This document shows, piece after piece, positions 8,235 through 17,069 of a stretch of DNA of 24,000 bases. The DNA lies in assembly GCA_000405685.1 (NCBI GenBank), contig ASPF01000025.1, positions 5,347-29,346 of the forward strand, written 5' to 3'. The notes beneath the pieces are model-generated. The model did not search any database. It was not told the origin of the DNA and was given only the letters and a program-made list of their open reading frames with translations. Every line of letters begins with the position of its first letter. Position 1 is the first letter of the stretch. The DNA comes from Candidatus Geocrenenecus sp. JGI 0000106-J15 (lineage in GTDB: Archaea; Thermoproteota; Nitrososphaeria_A; Caldarchaeales; Wolframiiraptoraceae). A program made the translations under genes and the position numbers.

Positions 8235-9364
8235 CTTCTCCCACCTAGTTCTACAGCCTTCCTAGCTGCTTCATCCATTTCTTCTAGAACATGTATCTTG
8301 TTTTCTTCAAGTATTCTTCTTCCTTCTTCTTCATTTGTACCTTTAAGTCTTACAACTATCTCCTTGCTTACACCAGTCTTCTTCAATGCTCCAACTATTC
8401 CGTTAGCTACCTCATCGCATCTAGTTATTCCTCCAAGTATGTTGATGAATATTACTTCTGTTTTTGGATGTTGGAGTAGGAGCGTTACAGCTCTTTCGAC
8501 AAGATCTGCTCTTGCGCCTCCACCTATATCTAGAAAGTTTGCAGGTCTTCCTCCTAGAACATAGACTGAATCCATTGTGGCCATAGTCAACCCTGCACCA
8601 TTACATAGTATCCCAATATTTCCATCAAGTTCAACATAGCTGAAATTCATCTTTTTAGCTTCAGCTTCATAGTAGCCTAGATCTCTAGTAAACTCACTGG
8701 AAAACTCTGGATACTTGTATAAAGCATTATCATCAAGTATTATCTTTGCATCTACAGCTTCTAAGCTGCCTTCAGGTGTTATGGCGAGAGGATTTATCTC
8801 AGCAAGCTCGCAACTATAATTCTCGAAGACTCTGTAAAGGTTGATGGTTATTTCTTGAGCTTTCCTAAATGCTTGCTCACTTAATTCGAGAAACCTAGCT
8901 GCCTGTCTTGAATGGTAATCTCTAACACCTATTAGCGGGTCTACAACTATCTTAAGTATCTTTTCAGGCTTTGTACGTGCAAGTTCTTCTATATCAACCC
9001 CGCCTTCAGGTGAAGCCAAGATCACTGGAGCACCAATACTTCTATCAATGATAATGCTCAGGTATAGTTCTCTCTCAATATCTACAGCTTTAGAAACCAT
9101 CGCCTTCCTAACTTTCTCACCTTTAATCTCTGATCCAAGCATCTGCTTTGCATAACTATATGCTTCCTGGGGACTGTCTGCAAGCTTAACTCCTCCAGCC
9201 TTGCCTCGACCTGCAACTAAGACTTGTGCTTTAACTACAACTCTACCACCTATCTCTTCAGCGGCAGATCGAGCCTCCTCAGGAGTAGACACAACCTTAA
9301 ACCTTGGCACAGATATACCGAACTGACTAAAGATATTCTTAGCTTCATATTCATATAACTTCAT
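8231..9364 (-). CDS. sucC: Succinyl-CoA synthetase beta subunit
   Basis: MKLYEYEAK..., an ATP-grasp N-terminal half, then NGAGLTMATMD, ANFLDIGGGA, INILGGITRCDEVA. Confidence 0.95.
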   Translation of the reverse strand: MKLYEYEAKNIFSQFGISVPRFKVVSTPEEARSAAEEIGGRVVVKAQVLVAGRGKAGGVKLADSPQEAYSYAKQMLGSEIKGEKVRKAMVSKAVDIERELYLSIIIDRSIGAPVILASPEGGVDIEELARTKPEKILKIVVDPLIGVRDYHSRQAARFLELSEQAFRKAQEITINLYRVFENYSCELAEINPLAITPEGSLEAVDAKIILDDNALYKYPEFSSEFTRDLGYYEAEAKKMNFSYVELDGNIGILCNGAGLTMATMDSVYVLGGRPANFLDIGGGARADLVERAVTLLLQHPKTEVIFINILGGITRCDEVANGIVGALKKTGVSKEIVVRLKGTNEEEGRRILEENKIHVLEEMDEAARKAVELGGRR

Positions 9365-9476
9365 GGTGTCTATATAGTATGAACTACATAATGAATTTTA
9401 TGCAATCTATCCTAGCCAACGTCGGTAGTTGGCGGGATGAATGAAGCTGGCCAGCATTTAACCGTTGAGGGTTTTC

Positions 9477-10118
9477 TTAAATCTTTGGTTTAACATATAT
9501 CTTTCCTCCTAGGATTGTATTGTTTGGTATTAGTACTTTTACACCATCCTGCTTCATAATCACTGTGAATAATGTTGAAACATCTTCCACTATACCTTCT
9601 TCTCCACCTAAGATCACATGGTCTCCAATCCTAACTGGTCTAACTAATAAGAGGAATAGTCCAGCAATCGCCTGCCCTAGTACTTGCTGTGAAGCGAATC
9701 CTATAACCATCCCTATGAAGCCTCCGAGAGCTACTCCAGCTGCACCTCCAGCTACGCCGCCCGCTATAGCGGCAACTAAAGCTCCTATACCTATAATCTT
9801 TATTATGTTTCTAATTGCAGCTGATGTTGCATGCTCGTATTTTGCTCTCATAGTCCAGTAGAAGAAGACTGCGATACCGTTGACGATCATGTATCCGAAT
9901 CCAACTGCGAGTAGTATCTGAATATACCCGATGTAATCTCTGATGTTTACCTCAAAAGTTGGTAGTAGATCATTGAAGAGCCACTGGGTAGCTGCAGCGA
10001 CAGCGACATACAATACAATGTATAGAACAATCTTAAAGGTGGATGATGCTGTCTTCTTAGCGATCTCGGCTTTAGTTAACTCTTGTAGAATTTGATTCAT
10101 AACCATCACCTCATTCAA
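9477..10118 (-). CDS. Small MscS-family mechanosensitive channel protein
   Basis: TM helices and a Gly/Ala-rich pore-like helix are followed by LLLVRPVRIGDHVILGGEEGIVEDVSTLFTVI, the MscS beta-domain signature. TTG start. Confidence 0.7.
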   Translation of the reverse strand: MNEVMVMNQILQELTKAEIAKKTASSTFKIVLYIVLYVAVAAATQWLFNDLLPTFEVNIRDYIGYIQILLAVGFGYMIVNGIAVFFYWTMRAKYEHATSAAIRNIIKIIGIGALVAAIAGGVAGGAAGVALGGFIGMVIGFASQQVLGQAIAGLFLLLVRPVRIGDHVILGGEEGIVEDVSTLFTVIMKQDGVKVLIPNNTILGGKIYVKPKI

Positions 10119-10201
10119 AAGAGTAAATCAAACATTATCTCGAGGATGAAAGCTATAAAGTTTACTAGTTCTACATGAAGACTTCTTACAACTTATCAAC
10201 T

Positions 10202-10228
10202 TAAGATATTTGTAGAATATCTTTATAT
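10202..10228 (+). promoter_or_regulatory. 7-bp inverted repeat (aagatat-N7-atatctt) abutting a TTTATATT TATA-like box upstream of the heme O synthase gene
   Basis: Read directly. The TATA-like box ends about 22 nt before the annotated start, consistent with a leaderless or short-leader archaeal promoter. Confidence 0.25.
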
Positions 10229-10250
10229 TCTAATCTCTCCTCCTTGATGA

Positions 10251-11144
10251 ATGATAGCTTTGAAGTTAGAGAGTGTTCTCGATAGAGTTAAGGTTTACTA
10301 TTCTGTGACTAAGCCGAGGATTTGGTATCTACTAGCATATACGGCTTTCGGTGGATATGTCGCAGGTTCAGGAGCAGCTGTAGATTGGGTTAAAGCATTG
10401 ATAGCTACTTTATCGGTTGTATTAGCATCTGCGGGATCTGAGGCGATAGCGAATTTTATCGAGAAAGATGTTGATGCATTAATGGAGAGAACAAAAAATA
10501 GACCATTGCCGTCTGGAAAGATTAAGCCTGAATGGAAAGCATTAATGTTAGGTTTCATATTAACTGGGCTAGGAGTATATCTAGCATATACTATTAATTT
10601 ACTAGCATTAGTCTTCATCTTGATCGGAGTAATAGATTATCTAGTGATATACATAATGTTATCAAAGAAGAAGACGCCTCTAAACATTATACTTGGAAGT
10701 GTAGCTGGTGGAGCACCAACAATGGTTGGATATGTTTCAGCTTCTAACCAGATAACCTTGGACTCGATAATTCTTGCAGGAGTAGTCGTTTTATGGATTC
10801 CAAGCCATATATGGAGTCTAGCCTTAAGATATAAAGAAGACTACATGAGAGCAGGCATACCTATGCTCCCCGTAGTTATTAGTGAAAATAAAGCAATAAG
10901 ATGCATCTCATCTACAGCAATCATATTGATAATCTTCTCGATCTCAGTGTACTTCATCAATCCATTAAAATATGGATATCTATACCTAGCTACAGCATCA
11001 ATCTCTGGCTTAATCCTACTGTATCTAGCCCTCAAACTAATCTATGCTCCGAGCAAAAAGTTAGCATGGAAAATGTTTAAGTATACATCCCCCCATCTCG
11101 CAGTAATCTTTACAGCGATAATAATCGAGTCAATAATAGCATAG
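10251..11144 (+). CDS. ctaB: Protoheme IX farnesyltransferase (heme O synthase), UbiA superfamily
   Basis: DVDALMERTKNRPLPSGKI (the Asp-rich motif plus RPLxxG), about 8-9 TM helices, and the second conserved block YKEDYMRAGIPMLPV. Confidence 0.85.
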   Translation: MIALKLESVLDRVKVYYSVTKPRIWYLLAYTAFGGYVAGSGAAVDWVKALIATLSVVLASAGSEAIANFIEKDVDALMERTKNRPLPSGKIKPEWKALMLGFILTGLGVYLAYTINLLALVFILIGVIDYLVIYIMLSKKKTPLNIILGSVAGGAPTMVGYVSASNQITLDSIILAGVVVLWIPSHIWSLALRYKEDYMRAGIPMLPVVISENKAIRCISSTAIILIIFSISVYFINPLKYGYLYLATASISGLILLYLALKLIYAPSKKLAWKMFKYTSPHLAVIFTAIIIESIIA

Positions 11145-11232
11145 CGAGATCAAGATCTAAAAATGGTTAAGATGGATAATGTTTTATTTAACCTAATATT
11201 AGTTGATAGTGTAACCAAAGGGTCGTGAAGAA

Positions 11233-11745
11233 ATGATAGAAGATAAATCTAGTAAGAAGATTGGCTTCCATCTAGTAGAGAATACTTGGGATACATTGAA
11301 GAAGGAGATGAGTAGAATAATTGGAGAAGAAGAAGCAGTTCTACTAACTATTTTTAGATTTTCTTCTCCATCCATGAAAGGAGAAGAGGAGGATGAAGAA
11401 AAAGAAGCATATATTGAGACAGCATTTGTGAAGAATTTAAAGAATACTGTAAAGAAGATTAAAGAGAAATTTAAAGCTGAGCCACATATGCATCTTCATT
11501 CAAACCATGGTTCAGTAACCTTCTTAATAGCCTCTCCTGGAGAGCTTCTAGTAGATAATCTTAGAGGTATGGTGATAGAAGCATCTACATGTGAGGAATG
11601 TATTTTAAATTATTTAGAAGGTGAGGTAAGACTAGGAGAAGAAGTAGCTACTTTATTCTATGGATCTTCACAGAATGTTACCTTTATCCTTCCAGCAGCT
11701 GATGGTAGAAAGCTTCAAATCATTGAAGCAGTTATATCAATCTGA
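11233..11745 (+). CDS. Hypothetical protein (acidic central segment; no recognised domain)
   Basis: 170-aa ORF with an ATG start, host-like composition and no competing ORF. Its 3' end overlaps the convergent nitroreductase gene by 14 nt. Confidence 0.45.
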   Translation: MIEDKSSKKIGFHLVENTWDTLKKEMSRIIGEEEAVLLTIFRFSSPSMKGEEEDEEKEAYIETAFVKNLKNTVKKIKEKFKAEPHMHLHSNHGSVTFLIASPGELLVDNLRGMVIEASTCEECILNYLEGEVRLGEEVATLFYGSSQNVTFILPAADGRKLQIIEAVISI

Positions 11746-12244
11746 GCTTTTCACCGAATCTTTCTGAGAAAACGATCTCGATTAACTTCTTTCTATTCTT
11801 CAAGCCTTTTATCTTTCTCGTAGGGTAGCCGAAGCCTATTACTGCAGCTACTGTTAGATTCTCAGGAATTCCATATTCTTTTTTCATTTCTCTTTCTCTT
11901 ACCCCTGTGTATATGCATGACCCTACACCCATACTCCATGCTGTAAGCTGCATGTTCTGGATAGCTCTACCTGCATCTACTAAGTGGAATGGATATTTAG
12001 GATCTGTTAAAACTATGATTGCGAAATCTGCCCCAGCCACCCATTTACCGGTAGTGCTTAATTCTGCAAGTTTCTTTATATTGTTTTTATCTTCTACTAG
12101 TATGAACCTCCAATGTTGTAGATTTAATCCTGTCGGAGACATTCTAGCAGCTTCTAGAATCTTAAGTTTCACATCATCTGGGACACTCTCACTAGAATAT
12201 TCTCTAACCTCTATTCTAGATAATATTGCATCAAAAACCTCCAT
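11732..12244 (-). CDS. Nitroreductase-family (FMN) protein
   Basis: The N-terminal RIEVREYSSESVPDDVKLKILEAARMSPTGLNLQHWRFILV is the classic nitroreductase opening. The size also fits (170 aa). Confidence 0.8.
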   Translation of the reverse strand: MEVFDAILSRIEVREYSSESVPDDVKLKILEAARMSPTGLNLQHWRFILVEDKNNIKKLAELSTTGKWVAGADFAIIVLTDPKYPFHLVDAGRAIQNMQLTAWSMGVGSCIYTGVREREMKKEYGIPENLTVAAVIGFGYPTRKIKGLKNRKKLIEIVFSERFGEKLRLI

Positions 12245-12313
12245 GAAAAATACTAGTACAGGATGCCTTAAAAATATTTTTATAATTCCTAGATGTTAAG
12301 CACCCGTCTGAAT

Positions 12314-13882
12314 TTATGATTTATCTTCAAGTACTCTCCTATAGTACTGTTTTACTGACTTACCTGTTTTCTTCTCCCATTCTTCTATTGGTATTCCGTA
12401 TAATCTCTGGACTCTGTCTCTATACCATTCAGGTATAACGTTAAATGCACAGAAGGGTATTATTCTTCCATCAGGCATCAGGTAATGTATGCCACATCTC
12501 ATAACTCTCTCAACATCATAGTTGTACTTGTCTTGGAAATGCATCATACCTATGAATAGGCTTTTCCTATGCCAGTCTCCGACACTCTTATAATCATGCT
12601 TAATTATCATCTCATATATCATTCTCTTAACGTTTACTCCTTGAGGCTGCTTATCTACATTAATGTATTTTCCGAAGTCCCATAGTATTTTAGCAGCAGT
12701 TATAAGCTTACTCTTACCAGACTCTATTTCTTCAGCTCTATCTTGTAGATATTTTATCAATCCATCAATGTCTATGAATTGAGTTATTGGCACTAGTTTA
12801 TCACCATCTTTGAATACATATGTCCCTGCACCACATGCAAAATGTGTTGAAAGCTCATATTTAGGAGATTTGACTAATGCCTCAATGATGTGTGTAAGCG
12901 GTGTGCATGCTGGAACAGGGAACCATGCATCTCTAGATATCTCACCATTAGTCTGCTCCTCAATCTTAATTATACAATCAGGTATAGTTATTCTATATTT
13001 TTCTCTCTCTTTACTTGTTAATCTACCTGTTAACGATACAGGCTGGAAGTTAACAGACCTTATGACATCAATATTCTTAAAGCCGAATCTAATAATGTCT
13101 CCAAGCTCGTGGTCGTTGACCCCACGGATTATTGTGGGAACTAGAACTATACCTACCTCCAGCTTTCTAGCATTCTCAATAACCTTAGGTGCTTCCCAAT
13201 GATTCTTCGGGTTAGTCCTAGATGTAACGCCATCAAAGCTAAGATATAGATTGCTTACACCTGCCTCCTTAACCTTCTTGAAGAACTCGAAGTCGTATGA
13301 AAGCCTAATACCGTTAGTATTAAGCTGGACATGGTCGACACCCTCCTCTTTTATGACTTTAATAATCTCTGGCAGATCATCTCTTAGCGTGGGCTCACCT
13401 CCAGTAAGCTGTATAGAGTTCCCCGCAACAGGATACTCTCTTCTAAGAACTCTAACCATCTCTCTAATCTGTTCAATAGAAGGCTCATAAACGTATCCAG
13501 CACGTTCGGCGAAGAAGAAACAATACCAGCAATATAGGTCGCATCGATTTGTTACGACGAGGTTCGCCAAAGCTGTATGGCTTAGATGTCCTGGGCAGAG
13601 ACCGCAGTTGGCTGGACATGAATATCCAACTATGTTTATGTTCGTGCTTCCTGTGCCTTTACCATCGTGAGAATATTTACTGAATCTCTTGTAGATCTCT
13701 GCATCACCATAGTATACTTCGACGACTTCACCATGTATAGGACATTCCTTCTCTAAGAAGATTTTACCACTTCTTTCTACGATCTCAGCTGGAATAACCA
13801 TGTTACATTCAGGGCAGATGCTAAAAGTAGTCTTCAAAACATTTCTAACCTCACTTACCCCGCTTACAGTCTGCCTCGACAT
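12314..13882 (-). CDS. Radical SAM enzyme with an N-terminal Cys4 ribbon; probable tetraether lipid synthase (Tes/GDGT-MAS, COG1964-type)
   Basis: CPECN...x20...CPIHG ribbon; NRCDLYCWYCF (CxxxCxxC); QLTGGEPTLR; extra Cys clusters (CPANCGLCPGH; C-terminal Cys residues). The length (522 aa) and architecture resemble archaeal Tes. The Tes assignment rests on memory only. Confidence 0.6.
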   Translation of the reverse strand: MSRQTVSGVSEVRNVLKTTFSICPECNMVIPAEIVERSGKIFLEKECPIHGEVVEVYYGDAEIYKRFSKYSHDGKGTGSTNINIVGYSCPANCGLCPGHLSHTALANLVVTNRCDLYCWYCFFFAERAGYVYEPSIEQIREMVRVLRREYPVAGNSIQLTGGEPTLRDDLPEIIKVIKEEGVDHVQLNTNGIRLSYDFEFFKKVKEAGVSNLYLSFDGVTSRTNPKNHWEAPKVIENARKLEVGIVLVPTIIRGVNDHELGDIIRFGFKNIDVIRSVNFQPVSLTGRLTSKEREKYRITIPDCIIKIEEQTNGEISRDAWFPVPACTPLTHIIEALVKSPKYELSTHFACGAGTYVFKDGDKLVPITQFIDIDGLIKYLQDRAEEIESGKSKLITAAKILWDFGKYINVDKQPQGVNVKRMIYEMIIKHDYKSVGDWHRKSLFIGMMHFQDKYNYDVERVMRCGIHYLMPDGRIIPFCAFNVIPEWYRDRVQRLYGIPIEEWEKKTGKSVKQYYRRVLEDKS

Positions 13883-13903
13883 CGTCCATCGACTGCTTGA
13901 AAC

Positions 13904-13924
13904 ATGCTCAGCATTTAATTAAAA
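13904..13924 (-). promoter_or_regulatory. Palindrome atgctcagcat next to an A/T TATA-like block, 22-42 nt upstream of the radical SAM gene start
   Basis: Read directly. On the gene strand the order is TTTTAATTAAAT, then ATGCTGAGCAT, then about 21 nt, then ATG. An operator placed between TATA and TSS is the usual position for archaeal repressors. Confidence 0.25.
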
Positions 13925-14059
13925 CATTTCCAAACTAACTCTAGTCAGAAAGTTAAGCATAGAAGTGTGTCGGGAAAGACTCAATAAATGAGCTACTTAA
14001 ATTTAAAAATCAAAATCTAAATACAACCATAACATAAACATTAAGTGAGGCTGCTGTAA

Positions 14060-14176
14060 CCCGCGGTAGCTCAGCCTGGTAGAGCGTCCGGCTGTAGCCA
14101 TGCCCATGTTGGTATGGTCACAGTGGCCAGGCTGACAGAAACCGGATGGTCGCAGGTTCAAATCCTGCCCGCGGGA
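14060..14176 (+). tRNA. tRNA-Tyr (anticodon GTA) with a 43-nt intron
   Basis: The cloverleaf was folded by hand. Acceptor cccgcgg/ccgcggg; D arm gctc-agcctggta-gagc; anticodon stem tccgg/ccgga; loop C-T-GTA-G-[intron]-A; variable loop tggtc; T arm gcagg-ttcaaat-cctgc; discriminator A. The mature length is 74 nt and it closely resembles M. jannaschii tRNA-Tyr. No CCA is encoded. Confidence 0.9.
14098..14140 (+). other. tRNA intron at the canonical 37/38 position
   Basis: A 43-nt insertion lies between G37 (14097) and A38 (14141). The exact junction is ambiguous by 1-3 nt because of flanking A residues. Confidence 0.75.
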
Positions 14177-14201
14177 TATTTCTATCCTAGTTTATATTGT
14201 T

Positions 14202-14642
14202 TTACCAAAGTTCTGGGTTCTTACTGTATCTTATCTTTTCTCGTGGGTCGTTGTTGAGCCTCCATAATCCTTTGTATGCATTTAGTATGATTATTTCTAA
14301 TTCTCCTATTACGAAATCGCTTAGTAAGACTTCTCTTTCAATCGGTGATATAACTACATCGACTGGTAGCTCATCTGATTTAGTATCTTCTTCAACTAAC
14401 TGTATAGTTGAGCCATGTTTAACTGTATAGAATCTTATAGGTCCACCTGCAGTATCATATACTGATTCTACTACATCGTTTGGTGGAGGCCATAAGCCTA
14501 GGTTTTCAGCTAGCTTGATTGGTATTATTATTTCAGGTGATGTTCCAATGTATCCCGTGTTTAAGAGAGAGCTTGTCTCTATTATTTCTCCTACTTTGAA
14601 TCCTTTTAGACTCTTAATCCTCACTCTTACCCTTATAGGCAT
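14202..14642 (-). CDS. Retropepsin-like (clan AA, AF_0612/DTGF-type) protein with Asn in place of the catalytic Asp
   Basis: The layout matches archaeal clan AA proteases: N-terminal beta strands (IRVRVRIK..), then SSLLNTGYIG..IIIPIKLAENLGL where the family has vDTGf..l.lp..la..LGL, and later VDVVISP..EVLLSDFVIGEL. Confidence 0.4.
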   Translation of the reverse strand: MPIRVRVRIKSLKGFKVGEIIETSSLLNTGYIGTSPEIIIPIKLAENLGLWPPPNDVVESVYDTAGGPIRFYTVKHGSTIQLVEEDTKSDELPVDVVISPIEREVLLSDFVIGELEIIILNAYKGLWRLNNDPREKIRYSKNPELW

Positions 14643-14856
14643 TCTTTGAATCCTCCACGACCTTTCTTAGAATCTCTATACTATAGACTCTACCAATACG
14701 TCTATAGGAGACAAGTTTTACAAAACCTATCTTCGAATTCTCCAATCCAAGAATCAACCAGTCTAAACACTATATAAGTCTTTTAGAAAATCACTATTAA
14801 CATAATTTTCTAAACCAATATCGATATATGTTAAATAGACGTATGTAGACATATGG

Positions 14857-15756
14857 ATGATAGACGTGTCTTCATGGTTTATTTCTAAGAAAATTAGTTT
14901 GGCTGTCTTAGTAATTATCGTTGCTGGCTTACTTTCTACATATCTTTACTTTGTCATCTTCTATCCTATGCTTACATCGACGTTGCCTACTTCCGCGACA
15001 GTGACAGTTAATCCATCATTAGTCAGCTTAGAATTAGAGATTACGAGTAGTGAAGGCATGAGAGAATTTAAAGATATAGCTATCATAGAGGTGGATGATG
15101 TTGATTCTTTATTGTTTAGAATTGTTGATTCAAGAGTTGAGAAGCTAGAATCTTTAAGCTTATCAGGAAGAGTTAGGCTTGAATCAGGTGAGAAAACATA
15201 TGAGATTAGTATGCCATGTATTCTTTTCCCTGCTTCTTCATGTCCAAGAATAACAATGATTATACCTGGATATGATGCGCCTTTAACCATAGAATCTGGG
15301 AGATACCTCTTAACATTCGAGCTTAGTTGGAGAGAAGCCAGAGATAGTGGAAAGGTAAGCTTAATGTTGTCGCCTAGGGCTTACGATGCATCCATGATAA
15401 GTTTAGGGTCTCGTGAACCAGGAGATACGTCGAACTGGGTTACAGCAGAGGGTTCAACGAGATCTTATACTCTCCTCGTTGATAAGGTAGAAGCTATTAC
15501 GGATGATTTGGGATTCGGTGAATTTAAAGCATATGTATGGGTCTTCCAAACTGTCGGAGATGATGTGAAGATGTTTAGATTAGAGTTAACCTCGATTGAA
15601 TCTGGAATTGTTAAAGCGGTCTTAGACGTACCAGTTGAGAAGAAGGAAATATACTATCATGTGATGCTGGCTGTCAAGGCTAGACCTGGAAGTTATGAAT
15701 TAAGCATTAAACATCCTATCCAACTATCTATAGATCTTAGAGTTAGAGAAGGTTAG
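14857..15756 (+). CDS. Hypothetical membrane-anchored (N-terminal TM) protein, probably extracytoplasmic
   Basis: 299-aa ORF with one N-terminal hydrophobic helix (ISLAVLVIIVAGLLSTYLYFVIF) followed by a beta-rich soluble part. No motif recognised. Confidence 0.45.
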   Translation: MIDVSSWFISKKISLAVLVIIVAGLLSTYLYFVIFYPMLTSTLPTSATVTVNPSLVSLELEITSSEGMREFKDIAIIEVDDVDSLLFRIVDSRVEKLESLSLSGRVRLESGEKTYEISMPCILFPASSCPRITMIIPGYDAPLTIESGRYLLTFELSWREARDSGKVSLMLSPRAYDASMISLGSREPGDTSNWVTAEGSTRSYTLLVDKVEAITDDLGFGEFKAYVWVFQTVGDDVKMFRLELTSIESGIVKAVLDVPVEKKEIYYHVMLAVKARPGSYELSIKHPIQLSIDLRVREG

Positions 15757-15795
15757 AGTTCTCTTAGAACATGCATGGATAGTTGACTCAGTATT

Positions 15796-16959
15796 TTATA
15801 CATGAATCTTCTTCCACATTTCTCTAGCTAATTCTCCATCATACTTAAAGAAATGGAGGAGTTCTTCTGCTTCTATTCTTCTCTGCTGATGTTCTTCTAG
15901 GAATGATGTAACCTTCTCGATTAATATATTCTTCATCTCTCCACTAAGGATTTTTCCTGATCTATAATCTTCCTCGAGCTTCTTAACCTTAGAATCATCA
16001 GGCTCAAAGAAGAAGTGGAGCCACTGGAAGGCAACATCTACTTCAGGATTTCCGCCTAGCTTTCTATGAAGTTCAACTGTTGGCTGACCTCCAGAATATG
16101 CTAGCCAGATCTTTTTCCTGATGGTCTTAGCATCGTCGTGGAGATATATTGCAGACTCAGGCTTACTTGCACTCATCTTTCCAGTAGGCCCAGTTAATGG
16201 GGGGAGAAACTTACTATGTATTGCAGCTGTCTTATAGTATCCGAGAGATTCAGCTATATCTCTCTGTATCCTCCAGTATGGATCTTGGTCGATTGCCGCA
16301 GGAATTAAGCATCTCTTCTTCTCGAATAGTGCTGGAACGATCTGTAATGCTGGATAGAAGATTAAGCCAATATTTGTTTCATGGGTAAATCCGAAGACTG
16401 CTCTAACCCAGCTAAAGTTAATCTTTCTAGCAACTTTAAGAGCTATCGGATACATATTCTTAACATATTCAGTATCTTGGAAGATGAATGTTCTATCAGG
16501 ATCGAATCCAACAGCGATGATGTCTAATGCATTCTCATAAGACCACTTGATGGTATCTTCTAAAGTTAATCCTCTACTCTCTTCTAGATATTTTTCATCA
16601 TCTGTTAACTGGATATAGACATTTACCTTAAACCTATCCTGTAGCCATTTAGTGAAATAGAATGGAATGATATGCCCTATATGCATCGGCCCGCTTGGTC
16701 CTCTCCCAGTATATAGGAAGAATCCTCTATCGCTCTCCCAGTCATCGAGAACTTTATCTAGATCTCTGTGGGAGAAGAATATCCTCCGTCTTAATAGATG
16801 GTGATTTTCCCCGGCTGATTTTATAAATCTCTCCATTAATTTATCATCTATTATGTTTGTCCCGAATCTTTCTACAAGCTTAATATAGTCTACTTCTCCT
16901 TCAACTACCCATGGAGTTACTGTAAAGTCTTCTCTATTACTTGAACCAAAGATATTCAC
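15796..16959 (-). CDS. trpS: Tryptophanyl-tRNA synthetase (archaeal/eukaryal type)
   Basis: TPWVVEGEVDYIKLVERFGT, GRGPSGPMHIGH (HIGH motif), AIDQDPYWR and KMSASKP (KMSKS variant). It is near-colinear with Pyrococcus TrpRS as I remember it. GTG start. Confidence 0.95.
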   Translation of the reverse strand: MNIFGSSNREDFTVTPWVVEGEVDYIKLVERFGTNIIDDKLMERFIKSAGENHHLLRRRIFFSHRDLDKVLDDWESDRGFFLYTGRGPSGPMHIGHIIPFYFTKWLQDRFKVNVYIQLTDDEKYLEESRGLTLEDTIKWSYENALDIIAVGFDPDRTFIFQDTEYVKNMYPIALKVARKINFSWVRAVFGFTHETNIGLIFYPALQIVPALFEKKRCLIPAAIDQDPYWRIQRDIAESLGYYKTAAIHSKFLPPLTGPTGKMSASKPESAIYLHDDAKTIRKKIWLAYSGGQPTVELHRKLGGNPEVDVAFQWLHFFFEPDDSKVKKLEEDYRSGKILSGEMKNILIEKVTSFLEEHQQRRIEAEELLHFFKYDGELAREMWKKIHV

Positions 16960-17069
16960 CCATCTTCTTCCCCTCTAAACTATCTAAAACTTGTTAATAA
17001 GCTTCTTCTAAAACCTTCACTATGAAGTCATCTCAAAACTGTTTAGGCTTCTCTTTCCCGGCTTTCTTT

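Noticed and set aside
10250-10262. A possible frameshift or T-run discrepancy at the start of the heme O synthase gene. By my hand count the ATG falls at 10250 and is followed by four T residues.
   Set aside because: The supplied ORF track, computed from the same sequence, reads MIALKL straight through from 10251. I attribute the difference to my own counting error and defer to the track. It does show that my hand-derived coordinates can be off by 1.
11732-11745. The 14-nt convergent 3' overlap of the hypothetical gene and the nitroreductase gene as a regulatory antisense arrangement.
   Set aside because: Short convergent overlaps are common in compact archaeal genomes, and there is no additional structure to support a special role.
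14098-14140. A C/D-box sRNA embedded in the tRNA intron, as in some archaeal tRNA-Trp introns.
   Set aside because: A CTGA is present, but there is no RUGAUGA C box and no C'/D' pair. The intron is also too short for this.
14060-15756. A tRNA-Tyr-adjacent integrated element comprising the two genes downstream of the tRNA.
   Set aside because: By eye there is no integrase and no second copy of the tRNA 3' half. The composition of 14202-15756 is host-like (15061-15120 = 17/60 GC).
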